The translations under genes were made by a program, and so were the position numbers. A stretch of 63,857 nt of DNA, filler included, from Octopus bimaculoides (taxonomy: Eukaryota): assembly GCF_001194135.2 (NCBI RefSeq). It is 8 parts of 8 records of this genome, joined end to end, with 100 filler letters (N's around TTAATTAATTAA, not from the genome) between each part and the next. Parts side by side here need not be neighbours in the genome. Positions count along the whole stretch, not along the records: positions 11,497 to 30,167 come from NC_068985.1; 7 more parts are not named here. The stretch is one strand, 5' to 3'. Under the pieces are notes generated by a model, which was not told where the DNA came from, did no database searches, and was given only the letters and a program-made list of their open reading frames with translations. Below, piece by piece: positions 12,131 to 26,339 of the stretch; within the stretch, counting starts at the first letter, position 1, and each line of letters opens with the position of its first letter.

Positions 12131-15100
12131 GTGAGTGTAATAATTTTCACTATATCATAAATTGCTTTTCTTTGTATTCTTGTAATTTCTTAACTTCACA
12201 CCAAGAAGGGATGTAATAAATGTGAATAAATGTTGAAGAGGTCGTCATATATAGTTATTTATGCATTGAATACACAATTTAAAATAGATATAAGGACTCT
12301 GTTTTCTACAAGGAGAAAATCCTACTCACTTATAATGCAATCGATGAAGCGTTGATAAGGAGCTTGTCTATAACATAGTGACAAGAGCCACAAATGTTTG
12401 AAATAAGCAAAAATAGCAAAAAAAGGGTTACTGATATTTCATACTTTTCATTATTTGCATTTCAATAATAATCAATCAAGCATATTGATATCAGATCATT
12501 TCAATTGACGAAAGCACTAAAATTATTGCAATCCATATAAATGAGTATTGCAAACTGAAATTTAATTACTGCAATATGTGAAATAGCAATGATGTTTTTA
12601 AAATGCCAGAGAGAAAAAAAAACCCACTACATTAGCACTGGTGGGAGCATCTGGAAGCATAATCAAGTTTGGAGAATAAATGTCTCTAGAATATCGCGGT
12701 GCAGGAGTCAAGTCTGTTGATATATCCATGCATTTCATCAGTAGACATTGAATTCGAAGTTCAGCTATTGAACTCGAAGTTTCGATGTCACTTCTAGTAA
12801 CACTTTCAAAAATAGTTGTGTTTTATTCTATCATTATTCTTTATTACAATGCATTTAAAACACATACACGCACATACAGACATACACAACTGTACAAACA
12901 AATACACTCACATACTCACACGCATTTATCCACAAGAACTTTCATTGTTTTGGAATTCATGAGTGTATATGTTTGCGTATGTATGTATGTGTTTGTGTGA
13001 ATGAGTGTGTGTTTGTGTGTGCGCGCGTATGTTTTACGCTTACAACACACGTTTACTAACAAATATCCCTATTGTATTCTTTACTTTATTGCCCAAAGTA
13101 AAGTAAACATAATTCAAAAATTTTCTGTTCATCACAAAATTAATTAAAAGGTCTTGGTTGAAATCCCTGACTGAGCAAAAACAAATAAAGCAGCTTTTGT
13201 TCAAATATTGCAGCTACAAAGTGCTACGAAGGAAATTAAATCTCAACATGTTTAGTGTAGTAAGATATCGAATCTTAGGCATGCTCGTTTTTGCAAGAGT
13301 TTCATGCACACACATACGCAGTCTGTATTTGTCTGATTACTTTCCACCCTAATCCAATTCCTTAATTCCACAATTCCCCGTTTTTGGTTTGTTTTGTGTT
13401 GTTTTCATTTTAAATCTGTTCGTATATTTCCAATTTGCCAGTAGAACTTTCTCGTCGAAAAACAAAATTAAAAGAATTGCAATAAAAAATATAATCCACT
13501 TTTTTTCATGCTTTTCTTTTTTGTTAATAGAGTTCCTCAATCTATAAATGGTTTTCTGCTATTTTCAGCAGTCCAAAACAAATTAAAACAATATGTAATG
13601 GAAATGCTTAGAAAATTAATTTTATTGCTAGTTCCTTGTAGATTTAATCTCTGCTTGGGGAAATTCCTGAGGATAATAAATGTTTTTATGTTAATATTAT
13701 TTTGTTTATTTTCAAATCATATTGTATTTTACTTGTTACTTATTTGTTTCAGGTTTTAAAGTGTTTATACTCTATGTTCTCTTGTTATCTCAGTTAAAAT
13801 GTTGAATGCGATGATTCCTATGCAGAATTTAAAAATTCAAATATTGATCTCTATGGATAATGTCTTCCTTAGCCACCATAAAATTTAAAATACGAATAGC
13901 TATAAAATATAGGGATCATGTTTTTATTGTAATGCCTTTCTAGGAGCAATTTTTTTGAGAGCATGAATTTATATAACAAGAGAGGAACTGCATACTTAGA
14001 CCTATCGCTCATCAAAAGTTTAAAAAGAAATCAGACATGGGTTTGAGAATATCCATTCGTTCCTCGACCCACAAAAATGATCTCATCAAATCAATGTTAA
14101 ACCACGTTTTCTGTGATCAGTTAACCATGTGGGGGTACAGTATAAAATCAACAATAGCAATAACTGTCGTAATCTAAACGGAACTGTTTCCCTAAATAGT
14201 GTGTCAGTTTATTCTTTTCCTGTAATCAAATTGAATGAGCACAAAAATAGTCTTTGTTTCAGTGAACACACACTTTCAGTGAAGAATGCTCTAGAAAAGG
14301 AATATGTAAACATTATTTTCGCTCGTGAATTGCTACCTATAAACGTATGACAATTCAAGTAGCTCTCACTGTAGTAGATCAAAAATTCTGTCTCCTGTAA
14401 TAAACTTTTTGTTTCTTAGTTTGTATAACGGTAGGTGGGAAACAAATTCTTAAATTCAGAATATACTCTGCTCCGTTAAACTGTCGCCTTCTATCCGTCT
14501 TATGACTACATATGTACATAAATTATCATAACATGAGAGTGTGATTAAGATGTGTAGACCCAAATGAGCTGTCCACGCGTGACACTCGGTACAGAATAAT
14601 TTGTGATGCTTTTTGTATATAATGAATTTCACTTGAAGTATGTCGCTGCCAGGAACTGTATGATACTATGTGGGGTCTTCTTCATTGTATTCTGTAACTG
14701 CACATTACTAACAGCAATGTTGATATATTCCATGATGAATTTAATGCAGTGTTTGCACACCATTGTTGCTGAAGTTGGTCCGATCAAGTTCATCTCTCAT
14801 TGAACAAGGTTATGACGATATGCATTCTAGCTGGGAACATTGTTGCTTACAGTATATATTATCCCTCCTTCCTTTTTCAGATAAGTTATACTTTGAGTGA
14901 AATGTAATTGTTATTCCTAGTATGACAGGCATTGATTCTCTCTCTGCGTTGTTTTTGATTTACTTGGTATATCTCTTGTTTTGTGAATGTTCTGGGTTTC
15001 TTAAATGTAACTGATAATCTTTTTATGTGTATATACGCCTATGAGAGTGTGTACGCGTTTCTTTCTGTATATGTATCTGTGTATGCGTGTATGTGTGTGT

Positions 15101-17331
15101 CTGTGTGTATGTGAGAGTGTGTATGTGTGGGTGTGAGTGTGCGTGTATATGTGTATTGAACAATGACACCGTAGATTGTATATAAAGTTCTCTATAATGT
15201 TGTGTAAGAAGGAAGTGAGTGGAGACGGTATCTGATATTTTAAAAAGGTTGGTATGGAATCAGAATTTATTTTACGCTGGCTTTATCACTGTACCTGTAA
15301 AATGTTTGGAGAATGTTCGTTTTGACTCTCCTGGGTATCGTGCTTTGCATTACTAAGAGTAAAAAAAACGGACAAGTAAAGGCATTAATATTAAGTTAGT
15401 CACGAAACATCTACCATAAAATCAACCTCACCAGAAAGAAAGGGAAGCAAGTACCAAGAAATGTAAAGAAATCTTTTTAGTCGTCGCTATAGAAGAATCA
15501 CAATTTTAGAATCCAATATGTTATTCAGTTTTATAGACCTCCAATGCATGGCCTAATTAACTGCTATAAAATGGTAAAGACAATATTTTTGTTGGATATA
15601 TGAAAAGAGTAATTATTTTTTCTGTGATGAACTACATCCAGAATTAAATTATCCTACCGCAAATCAAGTACGTCTATGAGCGAAATTTGATGAACACAAA
15701 AGAAATGTCAATTGTGGCCATTTTTTCCGAAAACTGACGATTCACATTTTATTATCGAAAATGTAATATTATGCAAATAAGATCACATAGACTTTGTTCA
15801 ATATCAAGCAGGAATTCAATAACAAACGAAACCACACCTATTAATATGTTGTCTAACAATCAAGCTGGCGCAAAACCGCTGGTTACCAACAACATGAAAT
15901 CAGAGAATCAAACAATTGAACAAGTTCTAACAATGTATAACGAAATCGGAGAACATATGATAAGTGTACTAAACTCTCCTTTTGACAAATACTTAAGTAC
16001 TCGCCCTCTCGGTAATCGCAAAGACCTCTAAGAATTACAGAAAGGCGAAACAAATACGAATAATTCTATCGGGAATTATGAATAAAAGATCCTTGATTTA
16101 CGGAGGAGTGTCAGATACGTGACGTTGCTTACCACATGCAAAGGGACAATAACTACACTCATAATCAACAAGTGAAAACAGAACAGTAGCAAAATTAGAA
16201 AGCAAGGAAAATAAAATCCCGACTACGGATTAATGAGTCTGAAATAGAGAATAAGAGCCGTAAGTTAAAGACTTGGTTTAACCGAAACCTATTTGTAGTA
16301 TGAATAAATAAGAGACAATGAATGGATAATGCAGAATTTTGTCGAGAAGATTGCAGAGTCTTTCTGGAGCAAAATCAACGAGATATAGAAATGCAGCGCA
16401 CAGAGAAGAAATACCAAAAATATTGTTGCATGTTATAATAATAGTATACTGTATCGGTGGTGAGGTCATGAAACAAAGACTACAAGGAAAAAGAAATACA
16501 CTGGTTATCGGACACTGATATATAGAAATAACCTTCTGTTGGAGGCGATATTTACCTTTACCAACAAGTTCTCAATAGAGATATAAAAGTTACAAGACGG
16601 CTGACGCTAGCTGAAATAAAACTGCAATTCAAAACTAATGCTATACATCCCGTAGGAAGAAATCTTACAAGTCAATTACATACTCGAATATCTTTATAAA
16701 TTGTATATAACCTGTCTTAGTATATTCTTCAACATATCAAGTGCATTAATAATGTCTCCACTAAAGAAATAGCTAGGAAAGCAATTTGGTTTTGTGCTGA
16801 AAATCTTTGATTAGCAACCTGTAATGTCAAATATACAGCAGCATACGTCACAGTCCTATTGGGTTACAAGAATTTATTCAACTTTGTTTCCCACTCATGC
16901 ATGCTAGAGTACCTTTGATTTGTTAAAATTCCGCATGTCAATATCAAAGCCACTGGAATCTCTTAAATACAGGAACTAGTTCTATTGTTGTTATTGTTAG
17001 AATGCAATATCGGATAGGTGTGTAATTCGAGACAAACCCTCTGATTACACTTTCAGTAAAGCCCCTATCATTTTCGTTAAGATTATCTCGGGAGCACGCC
17101 TCTGGTTTACAAGAAAACAGTAGCATCAACCTAATACACTGTTTTTTTATATTTTCTTTCTTTTTGTTTTGTAACATCTGACAATGTGTACCAGTGTATG
17201 AAAAAAATTATGAAGAAAAATGTAAAGCGTAGAACTAATTACGCAACGTCGAAAGATATGGGAATGTATTTAGCAAAGATTAATGTCGCTACATAGTCGT
17301 AAAACGATAGCGAATTATAAAGGAGTCTTAC

Positions 17332-17424
17332 AACATATGTACCAATTTTTCCTCTATTTCTCTGATATCGGATGAGGAATGAAAGAGGGATCTCCGGATG
17401 GATGAAAATATTGTATGATACAAC
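17332..17424 (-). other. Candidate symmetric 93-nt exon
   Basis: Strong acceptor ttttctgttcttgttacag, donor GTT|gtaaga; open in two frames (LYHTIFSSIRRSLFHSSSDIREIEEKLVHM). Confidence 0.25.
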
Positions 17425-20219
17425 CTGTAACAAGAACAGAAAACCAGTGAATATATCACCAGCATAAAGGAAATATCGCCCGCGGAATTTTCAGCATACT
17501 ATAAATTAAGAAACTTTAATGTGTTTGCTGCATAATCATACTCCAGTTATTTGATTGGATACTCCATACAATTTAAACTTTTAACGTTAAAAATCGAAGA
17601 TAATTTACTCACACCCGAAATTTTCACATCGACTTCAAACACATACGGAGCAGCAAATGTTCGACATGAACATAGACGGTCTTTCAGTGTATCATCATAC
17701 CCCTTGAACAAATTCTATTTACCACCAAAAGACGAAGTCCAGCTATAGATCAAGTCTGTATACATAAGATCAAGAAGACAATTATGAAAGGACTTCTTAA
17801 TCAGCACCCACTGACCGACAACCAGGAATATATGACCAAAGAATGTGTACAATTCTATCAGAATTGATCATCAGAACAGTTCCTGCAAAAACTTCATGCA
17901 TGGCTATATTCCTAGAAAGATTTAAAGTGACAGCAACATTGATACATGAAGTAGTCTTTCGCGGAGTAACAATAAGAATATTATCTCTCATTTTGCAGGA
18001 TATTCTTTAACAATGCAGGTGCAGAAAGTAACAACAAATCTCATGTTGTCCATAATTATAGGGATACATCTAAACAACCTAAATGCGACAATCATTGCAA
18101 ATTGTGTAAGTGACCCTAAGGATGTCATCCATGTCACAAATGTGTGTCGAAATATCATCATCTATGTGACATGAAGTTATGGTGAAATGGTTATATACAG
18201 AAAACCGTAGAAGGGGTAATCCTATAACATATGTGCATGAATGTTTATGTGTATTTATGTATGCATGTACATGCCTATATATGAAGTTATAATGATGTGG
18301 GGATAAGCACAATTGTATAATATGAAAAATTACAAGAGAGCATAATATTAAACGTTAACTTAAAAGATAACATTAATACGAAACTGGTGCGAAATTTGCA
18401 GTTATTCCAACTGGATTATATATTTAGTTTTTACCAACACTTATTCTTTCTCTTAAGTACGTGACTATTTGATTCAGTATCAATCTTGATAAACTGTCTT
18501 TCGCAGAATGAGAAAGAACACGATGTATTAGGAGGATACTATAATATGCTGTCAAATACATTATCAAAATATGTGAAATATCCAAAATTTTTATATGTAG
18601 TAAGAGTCACGTATTGAATGACATACTTGCCTATACAACATGAGTATGCATGCATATACATATGTTTATGCATAAATGTGTGCATGCAATCATACATAAA
18701 TACATACAAGTTTACCAAGTAAGTGCTGCCTATATTTCAATAAAATGCCTCCTATCTGGTCAACTAGGCTAGAAATCTCTCTCTCAATTGGTGATAAGTT
18801 CGGCTATCAAAGCAGGAAAATAAACAAAACAACATGCATACATACATAAATACATACACACATATATACATACATACATACATACATACATACATACATG
18901 CATACATACATACATACATATGTACGTACGTTCTTACGTAAGCAGGCACATATAAACGTGTATATGTTATATTTGCACACAGGACAACATTTTGTTCACA
19001 GACGTATTTGTATAAGTCTCAATTTATAATTATTTAGCGAAATATACATGTAATAAGAGTGTCATTTGCGTGGTAACAATTAGTCGAACCTATACATGAC
19101 ATAAGTCACACGAGCTGAAACTTAAATTCTGTAAATAAAACTATATTGATATTGGTTCTCTTTTTGACCTCGGAGAGGCACATGAGGTTACGTTTCTACA
19201 TTGGAGGACACGTATATTTAATGTAAGTATTTGTCTGTAGATATGTTATCTAAGGTTAAATTAAAAGTGATTGAAACCGATCGAAATAACGCATTTTTCT
19301 CTATTCCTGTCGGAGAAAATAAATTACTCTTTTGTTTATCAGGATACAGTAATGACATTCATTTTGCTTTAGCGGCCATTGTAATTACTTACGAGGAATT
19401 TTGATTACAATTCCACATAGCCGTAACATCTCTATATTAAATTGAGCAACTGAGACTTTCTCGTCGTCATTCAACATGAAAGAAATAACAAACTAATTTC
19501 CTTCACTCTAATTTAACTTCTTGAAAAATGAAATGCATATATATGTCATTGTGACCTTAGATACGATATATTTCTGATAAGGGACATATATAACGCATGT
19601 TATCAAACATTCTTTCAGTTGGAGTTATTCTGGAGTGAAGCCAAGAACTGTATCACATATTAGGTTTAATCCCCTATAGAAACATATGACTCTGCTTCTA
19701 CTTTTATTTAAATTAATGATACCTTGACCCATTGCACACTGTCATTCATATAGCATATTAACATGTGACCATATGTCACACAATAAAATGTTATCAACTT
19801 CGTGTGGATTAACGCGGGGGAGGAGAAGCAGGAATGTTACATCGACAGAATAAACGATTTTGTGCAATTTGTTCCGATTAGCCATTCTGCAGTGAAATAA
19901 GCTTGGATGTGCCACAACTTTCATTCTGAGAGAATAGATAATATAATTATCAGCAATATATGGTGCGAAATTTAATCAACTATTTGTATCCTTTCCAATG
20001 CAAACAAATATTAGGATATATTGATGTTTAAGATGGCAAGACATATCGTTTTAATTTCTCTTTTCCTAGAATGAATGTGACGTATTCAATTCTCCTGGCC
20101 GATTTTAGATAATGCAACATTATACCTCAAAATTAGTCGCAGTAATACAAATATGGACACACTTATATATAAATCATATATATTATATGAAAAGGGATTT
20201 GTAAAATGCAGGTGGTTAC

Positions 20220-20270
20220 CTCGGTCAGTACACGTACACATACTGCATAATAAGACCCGTGGAAGGAAAA
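20220..20270 (-). other. Candidate 51-nt exon (FSFHGSYYAVCVRVLTE)
   Basis: Acceptor cattctctccttttag, donor GAG|gtaacc, open in phase 0. Confidence 0.15.
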
Positions 20271-22514
20271 CTAAAAGGAGAGAATGATCGACACAAACGA
20301 AAAATCCAGAAAATGTCTTTGTCAATCACAGTGCATACCATAAGTAAAAGAATGAAGAATGGGGTAATTAGTATCACATTGTTTGTAATAATGTATGTTA
20401 CCACTATAGATGAGTCATAAAAATCGCATAACACAAATATTATGATTACATATATAAATAAAACTAACGTGTGCTTACACAAACATTGACACCCACACAA
20501 ACACACACACACACACATATATACACACCTATATATATTCTTTTCATGCATACGTAAATCCATACATTGCAAGTGGCTTTATTTAAAGTTGGTACGATTA
20601 CATTCTTCACGCTTGATTAAAGAACTTTTATAATTAAATTTTAATGACAATGTTTTTGCTTCAATACAGGCGTAGTGTATCTATCTTCTTATTGCTTTCT
20701 CATATGGTGATGTTTTGATAACGAATCGTCTATTGATAATGTATTAATGTGATCCTTCTGACAGCGACGTTGGTATGGCAATCCAGTAACTATAACTTGA
20801 TTGTTAGACTACCATACGAGAAAGGAATTCACATAATCGATTGTGCATCACTTGTTGGCATTGATCAATAACAACAGTATCGAATTTTTAGATACATATA
20901 TAGCATATTATTTTAAGTAACTGCGTCTGATAATGTAATCGGTAAAAAGCATAAATCTTCATTTTCATCTCTTCCAGTACATTTTCATGTAAAGATTACT
21001 TCTGGAGTGATAATATACGGGCGTAAATATCTCAGTTATTTGCCAGTCAGAAAATACATTTTCTGCTTGGCCAGAAAAATAACATGAAATGTTGATACAC
21101 ATCTTTGCAACTATGTTATGCTGTTTGTTGAAACCATAAAATATTTGGAAATCTTGAAATGAATCCACATCTTTTTTTCAAATTTTTGTCATTGGTTTCC
21201 AATGTACAAGACATTCAAGTGTTATTCCAATATACATAGGTCAACAGTTTAACTTACAAATCTTTGTATAACAATCTGCCGTTTTATTTTTTTCATTCAG
21301 TCTATATCCAATTCCCGATATAAAGGATAAAAAATAAGTATAAACTTTAATGATTTACTAACGCGGATATTTGATGTTTATTTGCTGTAGTGATGCATCT
21401 TGATGCCCTAGATTCATTTCATTTCGTCCATCTCGGTTACATTCATCACATTCCACTTGTCAAATACAAGTATTATACTCATACTTGTTAATTCATACAT
21501 GTAAACGATCTCAAACAACACACACTTTCAAAATGTGTATAAACACTGTTTACAAGTTTATACACAGATTCAATGTTTCTTGAGTCTTATTTACATTCGT
21601 TTTCGTTAGTGTTATCTATTTGATCATTTATAGTTTCCAGGTAGTCATAATCTTACTGATATTATCTCAACATACTAGAAAATGTTTGATTTATTTTCCT
21701 CTACGGATTCACAGTTTGCATTAAACTGCCTTTAACTTACATGAAATCTATTGAAGTATTTTTAAGAAGGATTTTCACATGTAGATCTGAATTCTATTAG
21801 AAAACTATAATTATATGAAATCACAAAAATAATCAATGTCAAAGATAAAAAAAACTAAACGTCAGTAACGCTGATTTTTCATTCGCCATTCGGAAAAAAA
21901 TCTGATGGATAGGTTATATTTTAATCCAAATTCTGCCATAAGATTTCGAAATCAAAAACGAAAAAATACTACAGCAAAATAACGGTATTAGTATATGAAT
22001 ATTAATGGATCGATCTACTTTTTTGTGACATAGATGTGAAAGAGTTGCCTGAAGAATCTTTTCAATGAGCGTTGATTTAATAAAGATAATGTTATATTCA
22101 GACGATGGCCATAGGTAAAAATATTTATAACAGTCTGCACTCATGAAAAGATATGCAAATGTCAAGTGGTGTTGATGAGTAGTCAACGGAGTAAATCTAA
22201 AACATAAGAAGTAGTGGGGCAGTTCTTTCTAATCTTCACACAGTTTCTGTCTAACAAACTTCCGTCAGAAGATTATGACGAAACAGCAAATTACGGAAAT
22301 AATTCAGTGCCTTCGAAGCATAAATCACGTGCTTGTGAAGTGAAGTTATTTATCATGTCAATATGATGTTAGAAATACTAGGTAAATATCACTCAAATGA
22401 TAACTTTGGGAAAGGGTTGCATAAATGTGTATACCAAATGGGCAATATTATTTTCTTAGGGGTAATTTTTATTATTAGTTTCACTTTATATTAGTGCAAA
22501 ACTTCAATAATTTT

Positions 22515-25070
22515 AGTCTCTCACCCAAAGTGTTCATAACAGTTTGCAATTCTGTAGCGCTTACTTATTTTCCAATGTAAATATTGTCCTAACCTAGCGA
22601 GGCGGTTTTTATATTCGTTTTGTGTTAGCACAGGACTTCCCGAAAATTTGTTTCATCAAATGTGTTTCAGACTCTGCATTTTGGGTGAGCACCTTTTTAC
22701 TCAGCATTTGCCGGTAATTTCTGGTAAACAAGATTTGATCTTGTGATACTAGTATGAAGCCTTCAAACTCTGCCTTTAATACGGAACTTTTCAGCCACTA
22801 GTAGGATGTTGTTTGGTCTAAATTTGCATGTTGAATTCGAAGAATACATTTTCCATGTAGGGATTTCCGGCTCCACCATTCATCAATTTGTATCTACTCG
22901 TTCTTTTTAGCAATATGTCTGATTCGTTTTGCTGGTTTGAGGACAGCGGCTTCAGGTTTTTCATCTAATTCAGTTACTTTGCGAACTTACAATTTTCCAT
23001 GATTATAGAATACGACATTTTGCTGCTTTCAAGTTCATATTAGCCTCAGCATCCAGCCTTTTATACTAGATAAGTACCTGTTCACTCTTATAGTGGATGA
23101 TTTATAGCAGATTTCTCATTATATCATTTCACATCCACCCACTGCTTCTATGTATATACTGCCGGTAAAGATCTGCCTTTGGGTGATGCTTCTTATTAGA
23201 TTTCAATAATATTCTTGCCTTCCCGCCCATTCGTTGAAGTTCTATAGGATTCCAGTTAATGGCATTAAAATTGCACTGAACTATTGGAAGTGTTATGGTT
23301 TTGATAGATTCCATTTTTATAATTAAGTTCAATCTTCAATACAAGTCTTATTCTCCTATATTGCTCTTATATTTTCCTTCATAGTGACATGACTTACGCC
23401 ATCTCATTCTTTTATTCCTAGGTATTTATAGGATTCTTGTGGGTCAAGTTCCTTGGTGGTAGAGGCGATATCTAATTTAATGGACGCTGTTGGTCTGAGA
23501 TTGCCTCTTATATGAGTTGCTTTAGCACACGTATCGAGGCCAGGATCAATCCTGATATCATTGCTAAACACTTTAACAGTTGTTAGCAGACCTTCTAGTT
23601 CTTGGTAAATCTTTGCAAACTGCTTCAGATCGTGCATGTAAGAACGATAGTTTTTTATGTTGTTAAAACTTTTGTACTGATATCTGGTGTTATTCCAGTC
23701 ATTAGTCATTGGGATCAGTGCCATGTAAAAAACGTAACGGAGAGACGGAGTTATCTTGAAGAATGCCTCGTTTGTTGCTGATGCTGTTGGATTGGCTCAT
23801 CACTTTACAATGATTTAGAAAGAGATATGTGTTCCATTTAGCCATGTTAATGTGTAAGAATTTGGAGGTGACTGGAGAGGTCTTGCATATCTCAAGGACT
23901 TTGAGTATCCATTTATGTGGGACACTATCAATCACTTTCCTTTATTCTCCCCATGCCACACTCAGAGTCTTGTCTTTGCTCCGATAATTCTCTAAAATCA
24001 TTCCATTTATAAGCAATTTGTCTTTGGTCCCATAGGAATATTTTTTACAATATGTTTAAGCTCATAGAATATATTTCCGTTCAAAGAAACCGCACATTCC
24101 TTCAGCTATTATAGATCTTTTACGTGAAGACATGATATTGGTCGGTAATTATTTGCGTTCTTTGTATCATCAGTTTTTGATCAGCCAGCTAGATATTTTC
24201 TCTGGGTTCTGAATGATATCAGTTAGAGGTACAACTAGATTTTCGTGTACTTCTGTCAAAATATTCAGACAGATTAAAATCCAGTCTGGTTCTTGAGTTT
24301 TCCATTTATGCGAAAAGCCTACCTTAGTAGTTTTGTCCCTATTGCTTCCCACAATAGTTCTTCAATTTCATCCAGTCTCTCTTACACGTTCTAAGCTGCT
24401 GAGTTTTTAACTCCATACGCTGTTTCAAATAGTCTCTTAGTCGCAAGGACGTTTATAAGATCGTCGATGTTATAGGTTTGTTTCATTTTTCTGGCTTTTT
24501 CTGTTTTAATATTTGCTACATTAGCAAGTTCATTGAGAAATGATACGTCTGCACTCAGAAATTCAATGTCTTTTTGTACTTTTACGTTTCACTTAGGAAG
24601 CTTATTGGCATGATAAGATTATTCAATGCTGTTAGATTATTACCCTTATATCTTAAGGTCTGTCTTAGAGCAACGTTAAAGGTCATGATTATGTTGTTAA
24701 TTATTTGTGCAGTTTGTATACTTTGGTAATGGTTCACTACTAACCATGTCAGTAAGCTCAATCCAGCTAAATTCTCTCATAAGGCTTTCTTTTGCTTCTG
24801 AACTCTTTTCTCTATTATTTACCTCAAATTATGCGTCATATCTATTTTGATGTTATGCAGGGAGATCTACTTTATTCTCTTTTTCCAATTCTTTGTTCAC
24901 CTTCGTCGTGGTTCTGAGTTGCTTGTCTTACAATAGGTTTTGTGTTTCTGTTACCTATTTCATCTACAAGGTTTTTGCTTTCATTTCGTCTACTATGAGA
25001 TATTTGCGTCTTAGTTTCGTTAATTTCCGCGTCAGTTACTCTTTTCTTCTTGATTATATGACTACGTACG
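22515..25070 (-). mobile_element. Degraded R4/Dong-clade non-LTR retrotransposon (RT, thumb and CCHC region; REL domain missing)
   Basis: Colinear motifs DSVPHKWILKVL, RGILQDNSVSPL, ELEGLLTTVKVFSNDI, LDTCAKA, ESYKYLGIKE, KSLHGK, WLKSSVLKAEFEGFILVSQDQ, EYKNRLARLGQYLHWKI, broken by stops and frameshifts. Confidence 0.88.
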
Positions 25071-25169
25071 CGAGTTAATTTATTTGAATCTATATAGCTT
25101 TATACTTCATTATTTAGTAAATTTATCTATGTGGTGTATGTTTGTACCATGGTATTATTTTGATTTAGT

Positions 25170-26300
25170 TGGGGTGTGTAAAAGACATTCGAACAACAAC
25201 AGAAGAAGCAGCAGAAGAGATCCACCCAACAACATCAACAGCGACACCGGTACCACACGGTAACATCACCTGCACCATCGCAACCGCGAGAGTTTTCAGG
25301 TTCACCTGTCAACCTAACCACCATCTTAGACATCTGCGATTATACAAACATACCTCTCCATCCTACCACAGATTTCTCCAACTGTGAAAATAGTCTCTGG
25401 TGAGGAAAACAGTTTCGGAATGTTACCAGAATAGATCCTGGAGAAAGAAAGAAAAACACATAACAAAGTGAAGAGCGCAGTACAAGACTGTAGACGAAGA
25501 TGTTAGAGGGATAGAAACAGAAACAAACAAACCTTCGCACACCCACACAATACACCAATGTAATTACAAGCGTCTCCAACACTACAAACACCACCAACAT
25601 TACAAGCATGTCAACAAGCTAAACTACATAGCAATCCAGACCCACAACAGGAACAGCAGTCCCAAGGCGTCATCAATTATACTGCGATGACACAAATATA
25701 AAGAACTTCATAAAACATATTCAAAACAATTCAGACTTTGCTCGAACTGAATAGATCGAACAATCCCATAACGCATCAATTCATATAAAAATTATAAAAA
25801 CAACACAAGAATCATATCCCAAACTGAAAGCAAAATATCTGGAGGCAGTGAGATTTCTGTAGAACCAGAGAGAAAAGATTCTACAAAGAAATGCTTCTGG
25901 ATTCACCCACAAATATCCAGATGGACAGACACCTGTCTCTCCGCAGAAATAGGGTCAGTGATTCTCTTTAGCCTCCTGTCTGACAAACATGACCTTGTTC
26001 AGAATATGTTGTATAAATATACTCGAACTAAATTTGCCTTGGAAACAGGTCCACCTATTCAATGACCACTGGCCTCTAAGTCTAGATGTAGTGACCAGAC
26101 TTTCCAGTCGGCAAGCTTTCATGCCCATTTTTTGGTAGATACGAGATCTGCTTATCATCATGTTAATGGGGAATGGGGGATGGAACTGCGGGGTTGTTCC
26201 GGAGAGGTGCGGATCTCAAGATAAAGGCCATCTTTCTGGATCCAGTAGGCAAGTTGGTGCTCTTGTAAGTGAACAGTGAAGACTTTTCCCCTTAGAGAAT
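25170..26300 (+). mobile_element. L1/Tx1-like LINE 5' fragment (possible ORF1 remnant plus APE endonuclease N-terminus)
   Basis: 26010-26300 gives WKQVHLFND..LSLDVV.TRLSSRQAF and GTAGLFRRGADLKIKAIFLDPVGKLVLL, EEP-like; the upstream part is unassigned. Confidence 0.5.
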
Positions 26301-26339
26301 CGTGGCAAGCAAGTAATAGGCCTATAAATACTAACTTAC

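Noticed and set aside
14050-14800. Possible Tc1/mariner motifs (FQQ..-like near 14760; DL..SFLW near 14070)
   Set aside because: Spacing of about 700 bp is far from the expected ~100 bp and the matches are weak
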